A stretch of DNA of 64,000 nucleotides from Puniceicoccaceae bacterium (GCA_040830765.1 JBFOMH010000005.1:256001-320000); one strand, 5' to 3'. Positions 52,444 through 62,905 are shown, counted from the first letter of the stretch. Made by a program: numbers and translations. The notes: generated from the letters alone by a model not told the origin.

Positions 52444-52468
52444 GGTCGTAGGTCTTAGGTATTAGGTC
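52444..52468. repeat. Heptamer repeat (AGGTCNT type) at the gpmI-pfp junction
   Basis: GGTCGT-AGGTCTT-AGGTATT-AGGTC, the same unit as at clpP-clpX. Confidence 0.65.
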
Positions 52469-54032
52469 AAAGGATGAGGTTATCCCCGGTCATGGCTTCG
52501 GGTTGGTCAATGCCCATCAGCTTGAGCGCCGTCGGGGCGATATCAGCAAGGCGACCGCCTTCGGCCAACTTGAGGTCCTGGAGGTCCTTGCCATAGATTA
52601 CCAGCTCCACCGGATTGAGCGTGTGGGCAGTATGCGGACTGCCGGTCTCCGGGACAAACATCTGGTCACTATTGCCATGGTCGGCCGTGATAATGGCCGC
52701 GGCGCCTGTTTCATCGCAGGCCGCAAGAACATCACCGACACAGCCATCGACTGCCTCACAGGCGGCAATGGCAGCTTCCTGCGATCCCGTGTGTCCGACC
52801 ATGTCAGCATTGGCGTAGTTAATGACGACCAGGCCATACTTGCCTGAGCGGATAGCCTTGCAGGCGGCATCGCGGATGCCGTAGGCCGACATCTCCGGCT
52901 TCTGGTCATACGTGGAAACTTCCTGCGGGCTCGGAATTAGCTCCCGGTCTTCGCCAGGCAACGGCTCCTCGCGATAGTCATTGAAGAAAAAGGTAACGTG
53001 GGGAAATTTCTCGGTCTCCGCGGTCCGGAACTGCGGTATCCCCTTGTCGGCGACCACAGTGCCGAGGATGTCCGGCATCTTCGGCGGCTTGGTGAAGATG
53101 ACCTTATCGCAGAGACCCTTCTGGTACTCGGTCATCGTGGCATAATAAAGATCGAGCTTCCGGCCGCGGTCAAATCCGTCGAAATCCTCCTCAATAAAAG
53201 CTCGGGTCAGCTCCCGCGGCCGGTCGCCCCGGAAGTTAAAGAAGACAACTGCATCCCCGTCTTTCACGAGCCCGCTTGGCTCGCCGTCAGCGTCTGTGAT
53301 AACCGTGGGCACAATGAACTCATCCCCTTGGCGGTTGCTGTCGAGCGGGGAATCGTAATAGGCCTGTACGGCCGCTTTGGCGCTTTCCGCGGTACGCTCG
53401 ATGGCACGCCCGGTCAGGCAATCGAAGGCCTTCTGGACACGGTCCCAGCGCAAGTCACGATCCATCGACCAGAAGCGTCCGGAAATGGAAGCAATCCTGC
53501 CAATCCCAATTTCCTCACACTTGGCTTCCAGTTCCTTGATGTAACCCATTCCGGACTTCGGGGGCGTATCCCGCCCGTCCGTGAAGCAATGGATGAAGAC
53601 CTTCTCCAGACCCGCTTCCCTGGCGAGTTTCAATAATCCGTAGAGATGGTCCAGCATGGCATGGACACCTGCATCAGAAACAAGGCCCATCAGGTGTAAT
53701 GCACCATCCTTGGCCTGGGTGAAGGCGCCCTGCAGAACGGCATTGTCATTCACACTCCCGGTAGCAAATCCCTTGTCGATACGGACAATCTCCTGATCAA
53801 CAATGCGGCCCGCACCAATGTTCTGGTGACCCACTTCGGAATTCCCCATGACCCCCTCCGGCAATCCGACATCCAGCCCGCAGGCCATGAGTTCGGTCCG
53901 GGGCCATTCAGCGGTCAGCTTTTCGGCGACTGGTGTGCTCGCCAGCTTGACCGCATTGAACGCGTCATGCTCCGCATTGTGATTCTCTCCCCATCCGTCC
54001 CGGATGATTAATACGACAGGTCTCGTCTCCAT
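52467..54032 (-). CDS. gpmI: 2,3-bisphosphoglycerate-independent phosphoglycerate mutase
   Basis: 'DGWG', 'MGNSEVGH', 'AETEK.PHVT', 'DMVGHTG', 'TADHGN'. Confidence 0.97.
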   Translation of the reverse strand: METRPVVLIIRDGWGENHNAEHDAFNAVKLASTPVAEKLTAEWPRTELMACGLDVGLPEGVMGNSEVGHQNIGAGRIVDQEIVRIDKGFATGSVNDNAVLQGAFTQAKDGALHLMGLVSDAGVHAMLDHLYGLLKLAREAGLEKVFIHCFTDGRDTPPKSGMGYIKELEAKCEEIGIGRIASISGRFWSMDRDLRWDRVQKAFDCLTGRAIERTAESAKAAVQAYYDSPLDSNRQGDEFIVPTVITDADGEPSGLVKDGDAVVFFNFRGDRPRELTRAFIEEDFDGFDRGRKLDLYYATMTEYQKGLCDKVIFTKPPKMPDILGTVVADKGIPQFRTAETEKFPHVTFFFNDYREEPLPGEDRELIPSPQEVSTYDQKPEMSAYGIRDAACKAIRSGKYGLVVINYANADMVGHTGSQEAAIAACEAVDGCVGDVLAACDETGAAAIITADHGNSDQMFVPETGSPHTAHTLNPVELVIYGKDLQDLKLAEGGRLADIAPTALKLMGIDQPEAMTGDNLIL

Positions 54033-54040
54033 AAATTCCC

Positions 54041-54068
54041 AATCTTAATCTTAGCCTTAATCTTAATC
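54041..54068. repeat. Hexamer repeat upstream of gpmI
   Basis: AATCTTAATCTTAGCCTTAATCTTAATC is identical over 28 bp to 49321-49348. Confidence 0.75.
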
Positions 54069-54080
54069 CCAATCCCATCC

Positions 54081-55097
54081 CTAGTGGGTATAGGATAAAA
54101 TAGTGACAACAATATAAGTTCCTAAAAGCAAGAATCCGCTCCAGCGCTTCAGTTCCGTTCCCGAAAAGATAACCGACACTCGCAAGACAATGAGGACGAA
54201 CATCATCGCCGGGAAAAGCAACTGGAAGAACCGCGGATCCGCCTTCAGGCCACCCGGTGTAACAGCAGCCGCCGCTCCGGCGACAAACAGGACATTGAGG
54301 ATATCCGCCCCAATGATGTTACCAAGGGCCAGGGAGGCATGTCCCCTGCGGACGGCGGTAAGAACGGTTATCAATTCCGGCAGGGACGTCCCGAAAGCGA
54401 CAAGGGTTGCGGCAATAATCGGCTCGGGAACATGCAGCCGGATGGCCGTTTCCTCAACAGTCGGAATCAGCACCTTGGAGGCAAGAATGACGAGGGTAAT
54501 TCCGAATACCAGCTTGGCAACAACCATGCCCATCCTGGCCTCATCAACTTCGGTCTCCGGTTGTTCGATACCTTCACCGGAACGGGCCCATTGGATCGAT
54601 TTCCAAATATAGATCACCAGCAGCACCAGGCAAAGCCAACCGGCCCACTGGGGAAAGGTACCCCCCTCCGTGAATGTCGACCCGAGCGAGGAAAATGGCA
54701 GACTGAGCACGACAAGTAGCGCTCCGGCACCCAATTGAATCCAGCCCTGCCGATTGACGATATGGGGATCAAAGGGAAGCGGCTTCATCAAGGCCGCAAT
54801 GCCCAGGATCAGTCCCGTGTCGCAGATGATCGATCCCACTGCGTTACCGAGGGCCAGACCGGGACGGCCTCCAACCGCCGCAGCTACAGATACGGCCGCC
54901 TCCGGGAGAGTTGTCCCCAGGCTGACGATGGTGGCCCCGATGAGGATTATCGGCACGCCCCAGCGCATGGACAAGGTGACCGCCTCGGCCACCAAAATAT
55001 CCGCTCCCTTGGCAAGGACATAAAGGAAAACTGCGATGACGATAAACAGGCCCCAGACCGGCAGGGACTGGGCGATGGACTGGACCCAAGCTTCCAT
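54081..55097 (-). CDS. Calcium/sodium antiporter (YrbG/CaCA family)
   Basis: Two alpha repeats, 'GTTLPE...GNAVGS' and 'GTSLPE...GNIIG'. Confidence 0.92.
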   Translation of the reverse strand: MEAWVQSIAQSLPVWGLFIVIAVFLYVLAKGADILVAEAVTLSMRWGVPIILIGATIVSLGTTLPEAAVSVAAAVGGRPGLALGNAVGSIICDTGLILGIAALMKPLPFDPHIVNRQGWIQLGAGALLVVLSLPFSSLGSTFTEGGTFPQWAGWLCLVLLVIYIWKSIQWARSGEGIEQPETEVDEARMGMVVAKLVFGITLVILASKVLIPTVEETAIRLHVPEPIIAATLVAFGTSLPELITVLTAVRRGHASLALGNIIGADILNVLFVAGAAAAVTPGGLKADPRFFQLLFPAMMFVLIVLRVSVIFSGTELKRWSGFLLLGTYIVVTILSYTH

Positions 55098-55191
55098 AAG
55101 ATCAAAGATGCGAGGAAGGGAATTTCCCGGTTAACTGCAAGCAGGAACACGTTAAAAGGAGTATCCGAGGACCATTTCGTTGTCAGCCCGC

Positions 55192-55248
55192 CGGAGGCGA
55201 GCCCTCCGACCCGAGGATTCTTCCGAAGGTCCGCGTCCCGCGGACCTT
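55192..55248. repeat. REP-like palindromes downstream of the sigma54 regulator
   Basis: CGGAGG-CGAGC-CCTCCG and AAGGTCCGCGTCCCGCGGACCTT; the GCGTCCCGC core is shared with 41477-41497. Confidence 0.55.
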
Positions 55249-56611
55249 AGCGCACATCCAGGTCCGGCCACTGTTTCAGTTTCCGGTGCAGGGTGCGGCG
55301 GCTCATGCCGAGCAGTTTCGCCGCTTGGGTTCGATTGCCCTTTGCCTGGACAAGGGCATTGCGCAAAAGCCGCTTCTCGTTCTCCTCGACGGACAGCGGA
55401 TTGCTCAGGGCCGGACCGGTTGTGGCCACTTCCTGGTGCTGTTCCCCGAGAAACCGGGGATCCAAATCATAGGTGGTCAGCCGCCCACCCCGCTTCATGA
55501 CCACCGTGTTCTCGGCGAAATTGCGCAGCTCGCGAATGTTACCTGGCCACTTGTAGGCTTGCAGGACATGGGTCACCTCCGGATCCAATTCGACCACCGG
55601 AACATCATTTTCCTCGGCAAACTGGTTCATAAAGTGGTTCAGCAAAACAGGAATGTCGTCCTGGCGCTCCCTCAATGGCGGCATCGTCAACTTGACGACG
55701 TTCAGCCGATAGAGAAGGTCCTCCCGGAATTTCCCTTCCTTGACCATCGCCTCCAGGTCCCGGTTGGTCGCTGCCACTAGCCTCACATCCACGGTGACCG
55801 GCTTGACGCTCCCCAGCCGCTCAAAGGACTTCGTTTCCAGGAAACGCAACAACTTGACCTGGGTACTGGCATCAATTTCCCCGATTTCGTCGAGGAAGAG
55901 GGTCCCGTTGTCCGCCGCCTCAAAGCGGCCGATGCGGCGCTCATTGGCCCCCGTGAAAGCACCCCGCTCATGCCCGAACAATTCACTCTCCAGCAAGTTG
56001 GCCGCCAAAGCCGCGCAATGCACCGCGATGAAGGGGCGTCTCGACCGGTCGCTATTCTGATGGATGGCCTGGGCAATGAGCTCCTTGCCAGTACCGGTCT
56101 CCCCTTCAATGAGCACGGTCGTCTTTGTCGGTGCCACCAAGCGGACCTTGTCGATGACATCCTTCAAGGCCGCTGAGCGCCCGACAATGCCATCAAAGCT
56201 GAAGCGCTTGTCCAGCCGCTGGTGCAGGTCCTTGACCTGTTCCTTGGTCTGGCGGTCCTGCAAAGCCCTCCGGATGAGGATTTCCAGCTTCTCAATGCTG
56301 ACTGGCTTGGTCAGGAAATCGTAGGCCCCCCGCTTCATCGCCTCCACCGCCGTCTCCACGTTGCCGTAAGCAGTCATCATGATGATGATCGGATGGGCTG
56401 GAAGAGTCATCGCCTTCTCGATCACTTTCATGCCGCTCTTCCCAGCCATGCGAAGGTCGGTCAGCACAACATCGAAGGGCTCTGACTCCATCAGGCGGAA
56501 GGCCTCCTCGGCGTCACTCGCCAAGTAAACGTCGTATTCGTCCTCCAGAGCCAGCATCAGTCCCTCACGGGTATGCTTCTCATCATCAACGATTAACAGG
56601 GTTGCCGGCAT
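55247..56611 (-). CDS. Sigma54-dependent response regulator (NtrC/AtoC family)
   Basis: Receiver domain (VDDE, D-L-R-M, KP), GETGTGKE, GAFTGA, Fis-type HTH. Confidence 0.96.
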   Translation of the reverse strand: MPATLLIVDDEKHTREGLMLALEDEYDVYLASDAEEAFRLMESEPFDVVLTDLRMAGKSGMKVIEKAMTLPAHPIIIMMTAYGNVETAVEAMKRGAYDFLTKPVSIEKLEILIRRALQDRQTKEQVKDLHQRLDKRFSFDGIVGRSAALKDVIDKVRLVAPTKTTVLIEGETGTGKELIAQAIHQNSDRSRRPFIAVHCAALAANLLESELFGHERGAFTGANERRIGRFEAADNGTLFLDEIGEIDASTQVKLLRFLETKSFERLGSVKPVTVDVRLVAATNRDLEAMVKEGKFREDLLYRLNVVKLTMPPLRERQDDIPVLLNHFMNQFAEENDVPVVELDPEVTHVLQAYKWPGNIRELRNFAENTVVMKRGGRLTTYDLDPRFLGEQHQEVATTGPALSNPLSVEENEKRLLRNALVQAKGNRTQAAKLLGMSRRTLHRKLKQWPDLDVR

Positions 56612-56704
56612 GATACCTTTCAAGGTGGGTAATTCTGTCACAGGTGCAATGCTGAAAATTCCCATTGCCAGCAGAGGACTGCCCACCAAATTCTTCAATT
56701 CTTG

Positions 56705-57514
56705 ATGAGTGAGTCTTCACCAACCGATCCCTACCTTGAACGCTTCGGCGGTATCGGCCGGCTATACGGAAAGGATACGCTCGAAAAGTTCCGCTCTGCC
56801 CATGTTGCCATTGTCGGAATCGGCGGGGTTGGCTCATGGGTGGCGGAAGCGCTGGCCCGCAGCGGGATCGGGACGATCACCCTGGTCGACCTCGACGACA
56901 TCTGCCTGACCAATACCAACCGCCAGATTCATGCCATCGAAGGCACTGTCGGCAAACCGAAGATCCAGGTCATGGCGGAGCGCCTGAAAGCCATCAACCC
57001 GGAGGTCACGGTTGTCGAGGAGGCCATGTTCTTCAACGAATCAACGGCCGAGGCCTTCTTCGCCAAGTCATTTGACGCGATTGTCGATGCCATCGACAGC
57101 GTACGCCAGAAATCCCTTCTCCTGGCCATGGCGAGAGAGCGGAAGATTGCCACCGTCACCGTTGGCGGAGCCGGTGGACGGGTCGATCCCGGCCGTATCA
57201 AGGTGGCCGACATGAGCCAGACCTACGGGGACCGACTCCTCATGCTGACCCGCAAGAAACTCCGTCAGCAATACCGCTTTCCCCGTACCGGCAAAGGAAA
57301 ATTCAAGATCCCCTGCGTCTATTCCAGCGAGCCACCCCGCTTTCCCTGGTCGGATGGCTCCATCTGCGATACCCGCGAACCGGATTCCCCCGGCGGGCTT
57401 AACTGCGAGGCCGGGCTTGGCAGCGCCACCCACATCACCGCCTCCATGGGCCTCTTTGCGGCCGGGCTTACTTTGGAGCTGCTCGAACGCTTTGGAGTGC
57501 TCAAACATGTTTGA
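56705..57514 (+). CDS. tcdA: tRNA threonylcarbamoyladenosine dehydratase (ThiF family)
   Basis: 'RFGGIGRLYG', 'GIGGVGSW.AEALARSG', 'TNTNRQIHA'. Confidence 0.9.
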   Translation: MSESSPTDPYLERFGGIGRLYGKDTLEKFRSAHVAIVGIGGVGSWVAEALARSGIGTITLVDLDDICLTNTNRQIHAIEGTVGKPKIQVMAERLKAINPEVTVVEEAMFFNESTAEAFFAKSFDAIVDAIDSVRQKSLLLAMARERKIATVTVGGAGGRVDPGRIKVADMSQTYGDRLLMLTRKKLRQQYRFPRTGKGKFKIPCVYSSEPPRFPWSDGSICDTREPDSPGGLNCEAGLGSATHITASMGLFAAGLTLELLERFGVLKHV

Positions 57515-57559
57515 GCTTTTTAAAGCTGCATCATGATGCAGCACTCCAAATTATTTCCC

Positions 57560-58195
57560 TTACAAATTCCGCACCACTGCGCGGGCCACGCCCTGGACGA
57601 CCAACTCGGCCACCGGATGCAACTCCGGGAAGTTCCTGTTTTCCGCCTTCAGGTAAGGCGAGCGGCCGGGCTTGTTAATGAAGCGCTTGAGGGTGGTTTC
57701 CCCGTCAATTAGGGCGGCCACGATATCGCCGTCCCGGGGCGGGCACTGCTCAATGACCACGGTGTCCCCGTCAAAGATGCCGACATCGATCATCGACTCC
57801 CCTCGAACCTTGAGCGCAAAGCTGCGCCGCGAGCGGCGAATGCCGGCCGTCTCGGTATCGATTTGCAGGCGGCCAATCTCGCCCCCCGACTCCACCCCGT
57901 CGGGAAAGCCGGCGGCGATGCTGCCGTAAATGGGAATGTCGATGACCTCGAGGGAATCGATGGGCTGGGTCTCCTCGTTCAGATCGAGGTTGATCCGGAA
58001 GGTCCGGGCCTGGCCCGGCACCCGGCTGATGTAGCCCTTCTTTTCCAGGGCCTTGAGGTGCCCCATCACCGCGTTGGTGCTCTTGAATCCAAAATGCTGT
58101 TCAATCTCCCGGAAGCTGGGCCAGGTACCCCGCTGCCGCATGTGGAGTTGAATGTAGCCCAAAACTTCCTGCTGCCTAAACGTCAATTCCTTCAT
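57560..58195 (-). CDS. lexA: LexA repressor
   Basis: wHTH 'LT.RQ..VL...PS.REI', AAG cleavage site, catalytic 'GESM' Ser and 'TLKR' Lys. Confidence 0.93.
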   Translation of the reverse strand: MKELTFRQQEVLGYIQLHMRQRGTWPSFREIEQHFGFKSTNAVMGHLKALEKKGYISRVPGQARTFRINLDLNEETQPIDSLEVIDIPIYGSIAAGFPDGVESGGEIGRLQIDTETAGIRRSRRSFALKVRGESMIDVGIFDGDTVVIEQCPPRDGDIVAALIDGETTLKRFINKPGRSPYLKAENRNFPELHPVAELVVQGVARAVVRNL

Positions 58196-58198
58196 ATA

Positions 58199-58234
58199 AA
58201 CATCCGTATAGCATATACAGACGTTCACTGTCAA
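58199..58234 (-). promoter_or_regulatory. lexA promoter overlapped by an inverted repeat (candidate operator)
   Basis: Minus strand TTGACA-18 nt-TATACG; palindrome AACATCCGTATA-GCA-TATACAGACGTT (10 of 12 pairs). Confidence 0.6.
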
Positions 58235-58255
58235 CTCATCTTGCCGCAAAGCCTC

Positions 58256-59581
58256 TTAACGGAAGAGGTCCCCACGGCGGAAGCGCCAGAGGGAGAAAGC
58301 GAGCACAACCACACTGATGCCTCCGAGGACCGCCAGGTTGGGCAGGATTTGCTGCAGCGCGGCATCCCGCCAGAGGACGGCGAGGATACCATCCATGGCC
58401 CAGTAGACGAGGGTAAAGGGGGAAATGAAGGTACGGATGAATTCCGGCATCATGAAGAGGGGCATCATGGCGCCCCCGAAGGCACTCATGCCGAGGATGA
58501 AAAGGGTGCCCAGTCCGTTGGCCTGTGCCGGCGTCTTCGCAATGGAGGAGAGGAGCATGCCGAAGGCGGTGGCCGCGGTCGCGGTGAGGACGGAGACAAC
58601 CAACAGGGGGAGGATTTGTCCGGCTGAGGTGATGATGTCAAAAAGCAGTTCCCCGAAGATAATGAGGACGATCATTTGCAGGAGTCCGAGCGAGGAACAA
58701 AAGACAAACTTGCTCCAGAGCACCTGGGCCCGGCTGGCAGGCCCCGAAAGGAGGCGGAAGAAAAGCCCCTTGTCCCGTTCCTCGAAGAGGCTGGAAGCAG
58801 CACCGGTCAGGGAGAAAAGGAGAAACATGACCGCCCAGCCACCGACACTTTGGGCGGCAGGGTTCTTGTTCTTCCCGTAGACCTGACTCAACTCGAGATT
58901 AAAGATGCCGCTGAAAATATCCGTTCCACTCCCCTCGCCCGCGGCCTCGCCACCTGAACCCAGCTCACTCATGGCCCAGAATCCGTCGGATTGGATTTCC
59001 TCCAGAATCAGTTCGGGATCGCCACCGAAGTGCTCCGAGATAACCTCCGCAAGACCCAAGTCGAACGACTGCCGGAGCTCGTCATCAAGGCCATAATCGG
59101 AGGACTCGAGGAGCAGCGGAAAGGCCCGCGCAAAAAGGGTCTTCTGGAGGATTCCCTGGACGATGTTGTACTCAATCGTGTTCTGGGGATTGTAAAGCAG
59201 CTCCATGTTGAGCCCGAATTCCTCATCAACCAGATCCTTTGGGAAAACCAGCAAGTAGCGGTAGGAACCGGCATCAGATTTCAGGAGCGACGCCGCATAC
59301 TCGCGGTCCAAGGGCACCGACTCCTCCTCACTGATGGTACGCTTGGTGAGGACCCGGAAGGTCTCTTCCTCCTGCAGGAAGCCGATCAGCTTGGCGGAGG
59401 TCTCCGATTGGGCCTCGTCGACCACCAGGATACGGATACCCGATGGACTGCCCCCGCCCCCGAAAATGAACCCGAAGATGGTGATCAGCGCCATCGGCAC
59501 AAAAAACGTCAGCACAAAAGCCATCCGGTCATTCCAGAAAATCCGGAAGTCCTTGGCGACGAGGGCGTAGATGGTTCTCAT
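58256..59581 (-). CDS. ABC-2 transporter permease
   Basis: N-terminal TM + extracytoplasmic loop + C-terminal TM bundle; 'EER..G...RL'. Confidence 0.9.
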   Translation of the reverse strand: MRTIYALVAKDFRIFWNDRMAFVLTFFVPMALITIFGFIFGGGGSPSGIRILVVDEAQSETSAKLIGFLQEEETFRVLTKRTISEEESVPLDREYAASLLKSDAGSYRYLLVFPKDLVDEEFGLNMELLYNPQNTIEYNIVQGILQKTLFARAFPLLLESSDYGLDDELRQSFDLGLAEVISEHFGGDPELILEEIQSDGFWAMSELGSGGEAAGEGSGTDIFSGIFNLELSQVYGKNKNPAAQSVGGWAVMFLLFSLTGAASSLFEERDKGLFFRLLSGPASRAQVLWSKFVFCSSLGLLQMIVLIIFGELLFDIITSAGQILPLLVVSVLTATAATAFGMLLSSIAKTPAQANGLGTLFILGMSAFGGAMMPLFMMPEFIRTFISPFTLVYWAMDGILAVLWRDAALQQILPNLAVLGGISVVVLAFSLWRFRRGDLFR

Positions 59582-59597
59582 GGTTCGTCAGTTGTGG

Positions 59598-60533
59598 CTA
59601 ATCACGGAGCCGGTGGCCGGTGAGTTGGAGAAAGAGGCTTTCCAGGGATGGTGTCCGTAGCTGGACCCGTTCGTAGGCGATTCCTTCCCGCTCAATGATC
59701 CCATAAATGGTGGACAGGCGGGCATCGTCATACGGTACCAGGCGGTACTGCAAATCCTCCTCCATGAGCTGCCCATGGGAACGCACTTCCTCGACGAATG
59801 CATCCATTTCCGGGCCCTTGGCAATGAGCAGTTCCCGGGTCGACTCGGAAAGCGCGAGCAGGGAATCGAGGTCACCGCAGGCCATGAAGGCCCCATGGTC
59901 GATAATCGCGATGCGCCGGCATAGCCGCTCCGCCTCCTCCATGTAGTGGGTCGTGTAGACAATGGTCAGGCCATCCTTGTTAAGGGCCTCCAAAAAGGTG
60001 AAGATGGCATTTCGCGACTGGGGATCGACCCCCACCGTCGGCTCATCGCAAAGCAGGATGTCCGGCTCATGCAGGAGGCTGGCAATGATGTTGAGGCGTC
60101 GTTTCATGCCCCCGGAGAAATCCTTTACCGGATCGTTTTTCCTGTCCCACAAACCGACCGCCTGGAGCAGGTCTTCGCTTCGTTCGCGAATCTGCTTGTG
60201 GCCCATGCCATACAGGTCGCCGAACACCTTCAGGTTCTGCAGGGGGGAAATGGAATCATAAAGCGCGATTTCCTGAGGAACCAGACCACAGGTCATGCGC
60301 GCCTTCCGGTCATGGAAATCCACCTCTTGGCCACGAATCAGGACCTTACCTTCGTCAGCGGCCAGAAAACCGCTGAAAATCTTCATAAGGGTACTTTTGC
60401 CGGCCCCATTGGGCCCCAGAAATCCGAAGAACTCACCCTGCTGAATGGACAGGTCGACCCCTTTCAATGCTTCCAATTCACCGAACCGCTTGCGGACGCC
60501 CTGCAGTTCAAGAATCGCATTGTCGTTGGTCAT
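59598..60533 (-). CDS. ABC-2 transporter ATP-binding protein
   Basis: GPNGAGKS, FSGGMKRR, DEPTVGVDPQSR, THYMEEAE. Confidence 0.93.
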   Translation of the reverse strand: MTNDNAILELQGVRKRFGELEALKGVDLSIQQGEFFGFLGPNGAGKSTLMKIFSGFLAADEGKVLIRGQEVDFHDRKARMTCGLVPQEIALYDSISPLQNLKVFGDLYGMGHKQIRERSEDLLQAVGLWDRKNDPVKDFSGGMKRRLNIIASLLHEPDILLCDEPTVGVDPQSRNAIFTFLEALNKDGLTIVYTTHYMEEAERLCRRIAIIDHGAFMACGDLDSLLALSESTRELLIAKGPEMDAFVEEVRSHGQLMEEDLQYRLVPYDDARLSTIYGIIEREGIAYERVQLRTPSLESLFLQLTGHRLRD

Positions 60534-61173
60534 GAAGATGTACCTGCTTGAAGAATTCTTTCAGTTTGTTCGGGTCCTTGATGCCTGGAGAGGACTCGAC
60601 CCCGCTGGCGACATCAATCGTATCCGCTTGGGTGAAAGCGAGCGCCTCCCTCACATTGTCCGGAGAAAGCCCCCCTGCCAGCACCCATTTCTTGTGCTGG
60701 TAAAGGAGGGTGCAGTCAAGAAAACGCTGCCAGTTCTGGCCGGATTCCCCAGTTCCCCCATAGGCCGCTTTGGAATAGGTATCGAGGAGGATGGTTTCGG
60801 AAAACTCCATCAGGATTTGCGGAAAGGTCTGTTCCTGCGGTGGAATCCGGGGGGCCACCCAGAGGGCTTCCGGACCAGCAAGGCCTGACCACGCCGCCAC
60901 GGCCGCCATGGATACATCGAGGTCGAAATGGAGCTGGTAGAAATCAAATCCCAGATCCAGGTACGCCTCCAGTCGCTCCTGGGAAGGGGCGACATCAACC
61001 AACACCCGCCTTCCTTCAGGAATGGCTTCCAGCAGGGAAGGAATCTGGTCCAGCCCGACCGACCGCGGTGACTTCTCATAGACGTTAATCCCGATATAAT
61101 CAGCGCCTAGCGAGAGGGCCAAGTCGGCATCCTCTGGCCGCGTGACTCCACATATTTTGACCTTGGTGGACAT
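60508..61173 (-). CDS. trpF: Phosphoribosylanthranilate isomerase
   Basis: 'KVKICG.T', 'QLH', 'GGTG', 'LAGGL.PDNV', 'DVASGVE..PG.KD'. Confidence 0.95.
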   Translation of the reverse strand: MSTKVKICGVTRPEDADLALSLGADYIGINVYEKSPRSVGLDQIPSLLEAIPEGRRVLVDVAPSQERLEAYLDLGFDFYQLHFDLDVSMAAVAAWSGLAGPEALWVAPRIPPQEQTFPQILMEFSETILLDTYSKAAYGGTGESGQNWQRFLDCTLLYQHKKWVLAGGLSPDNVREALAFTQADTIDVASGVESSPGIKDPNKLKEFFKQVHLHDQRQCDS

Positions 61174-61185
61174 GGCTCGGGTCCC

Positions 61186-61980
61186 TCAATCCTTGCTGGC
61201 AAAGTAACCCACCAGTGCCTCGACCATTCCGTCGATGCCTGGATTGTCCGCCTCGATGGCCACTGGGATTCCAGCCGCCTTCATCCGTTCGCTGGTGGTG
61301 GGGCCAAAGCTGCACAAGGCCGGAACAGCCGCCCCGGATTCGAGGGAGAGATGCTTGGCCTGCTCCCCGAAAGCCTGCACTGCCGAGGCGCTGGCAAAGA
61401 CAATCGCATCCGCCCCTTCTTTCCGGAAGCGAGCGGCATTGGCATCATCCGCCAGGTCGCAGAAATGGGTCGAATAGACCTGCAGGGAATCGACGATGGC
61501 CCGTTCCTCCCAGAGGGCCTTGACCAGGTCCTCCTTGTTGCGGTTGCCGACGATCACCAGGACCTTCAGGTTGTCGAGGGTCTCCTCTTCCGAAAGGGCC
61601 AGGGCGAAGTCCTTGGCCGTCGCCTTCGGAGAAACCAGGTCCGCCCTTAAATGGAATTCCGCCAGCGCTTCCAGCGTCCCCTTGCCGACTGCCCCAATGC
61701 GGACAAAGCCGAGCGAGCGAATGTCGTCGTAGGCCTGAAAGAAGGCTTCGAAGAAGTGCTTCACTCCGTTGCGGCTGGTAAAGAGCAGCCATTCGTAACT
61801 GGCCAGCTCCTTGAAAATCTCGGATGCCGCCTCGGTATCAACATCATGGCGGACGTCAATCAAGGGAATGTCCATAATCTCCGCACCAAGTGCCTGCAGG
61901 CGTTCACCAAGACGGCTGGAGCCTTCTGGATTACGGGTCAGGACGATAAGGCGTCCCTGCAATGGAAGGGGTTGGATCAA
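61186..61980 (-). CDS. hemD: Uroporphyrinogen-III synthase
   Basis: 'IVLTR', 'FTSRNGV', 'AVG..T', 'FAS.SAV', 'GPTT'; TTG start overlaps the hemC stop. Confidence 0.9.
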   Translation of the reverse strand: MIQPLPLQGRLIVLTRNPEGSSRLGERLQALGAEIMDIPLIDVRHDVDTEAASEIFKELASYEWLLFTSRNGVKHFFEAFFQAYDDIRSLGFVRIGAVGKGTLEALAEFHLRADLVSPKATAKDFALALSEEETLDNLKVLVIVGNRNKEDLVKALWEERAIVDSLQVYSTHFCDLADDANAARFRKEGADAIVFASASAVQAFGEQAKHLSLESGAAVPALCSFGPTTSERMKAAGIPVAIEADNPGIDGMVEALVGYFASKD

Positions 61981-62834
61981 GACCGCAGTTCCTCCATCAG
62001 TTTGTCGACAAATGCTGGAGCCGCCCAATCCTGATCCGCTGGCAGGTCAATGTTCTTGTACCCGAAGCTCTCATCGAAGACATGGAGGACGCCTTCGGCA
62101 ACATGGGCGGCTGTAGCGGAATGGCAACCCCCGCCCATCGCTGCCAGAATGGCCCGTTCCAGATGGACGGCCCGTGCCGTTTCCTCACAGAGCAATCCCT
62201 CATAGAGCGAAAAATCGGCAGTCCGGATCTGCAGGCCAATGGCGCCCTGACCGGCAGCTGGTACGCTTTCTTCAATGGATATGGGCTCGAAGCAAATACC
62301 GTCCGGGCTCTCAATGCCGAGCCGGGCCAGGCCGGCCATCGCCATCACTGTGGCATCGGCAAAGCCATCGGAAATCTTTTGCAGGCGGGTCGAGACATTA
62401 CCCCGGATTTCCTTCCAGGCGGCCTTCGGAAAGCGCTTCTTCAACTGGGCCCGGCGACGCGGGCTGCTGGTGGCAATCAATGTCGGTTCCTCGACTGACT
62501 CCCTCCGGATGAGCATGTCACGGGCAGGTGCCCGGGGCAGAAAGCCAACCAGGGAAACGCCCTCCGGCATCTCCGTCGGCAGGTCCTTGGCCGAATGAAC
62601 AGCCAGGTCCGCCTCTCCCTTGACGATGGCCTCCTCCAGCGCGGAGGTGAACAGGCCCTTGCCACCGGTTGTTTCGAGCGACCATGCCAGGCGGTCATCA
62701 CCCGTGGTGCTCATCGGGATGATCTCAAAATCCCACTCAGGCCGCAATGCCTGCAGCGCTTCAATGGCCATGTCAGTCTGCTTCCGTGCAAGGGGGGACT
62801 TGCGGGTCGCCACGCGTATTGTCTGCTTACTCAT
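61977..62834 (-). CDS. hemC: Hydroxymethylbilane synthase
   Basis: 'ATRKSPLA..Q', 'GKGLFT', 'VHSAKDLP', 'TSS.RR', 'RGNV.TRL', cofactor Cys in 'GGGC'. Confidence 0.95.
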   Translation of the reverse strand: MSKQTIRVATRKSPLARKQTDMAIEALQALRPEWDFEIIPMSTTGDDRLAWSLETTGGKGLFTSALEEAIVKGEADLAVHSAKDLPTEMPEGVSLVGFLPRAPARDMLIRRESVEEPTLIATSSPRRRAQLKKRFPKAAWKEIRGNVSTRLQKISDGFADATVMAMAGLARLGIESPDGICFEPISIEESVPAAGQGAIGLQIRTADFSLYEGLLCEETARAVHLERAILAAMGGGCHSATAAHVAEGVLHVFDESFGYKNIDLPADQDWAAPAFVDKLMEELRS

Positions 62835-62839
62835 TGGTT

Positions 62840-62885
62840 AAAAAAACACCCGGCCTGCCGGAACAAGGTGCCGACCGGCCGGGTG
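62840..62885 (-). terminator. Intrinsic terminator after ilvC
   Basis: Minus strand CACCCGGCC...GGCCGGGUG followed by U7. Confidence 0.75.
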
Positions 62886-62905
62886 CCGTAAATTGTCACT
62901 ACAAT

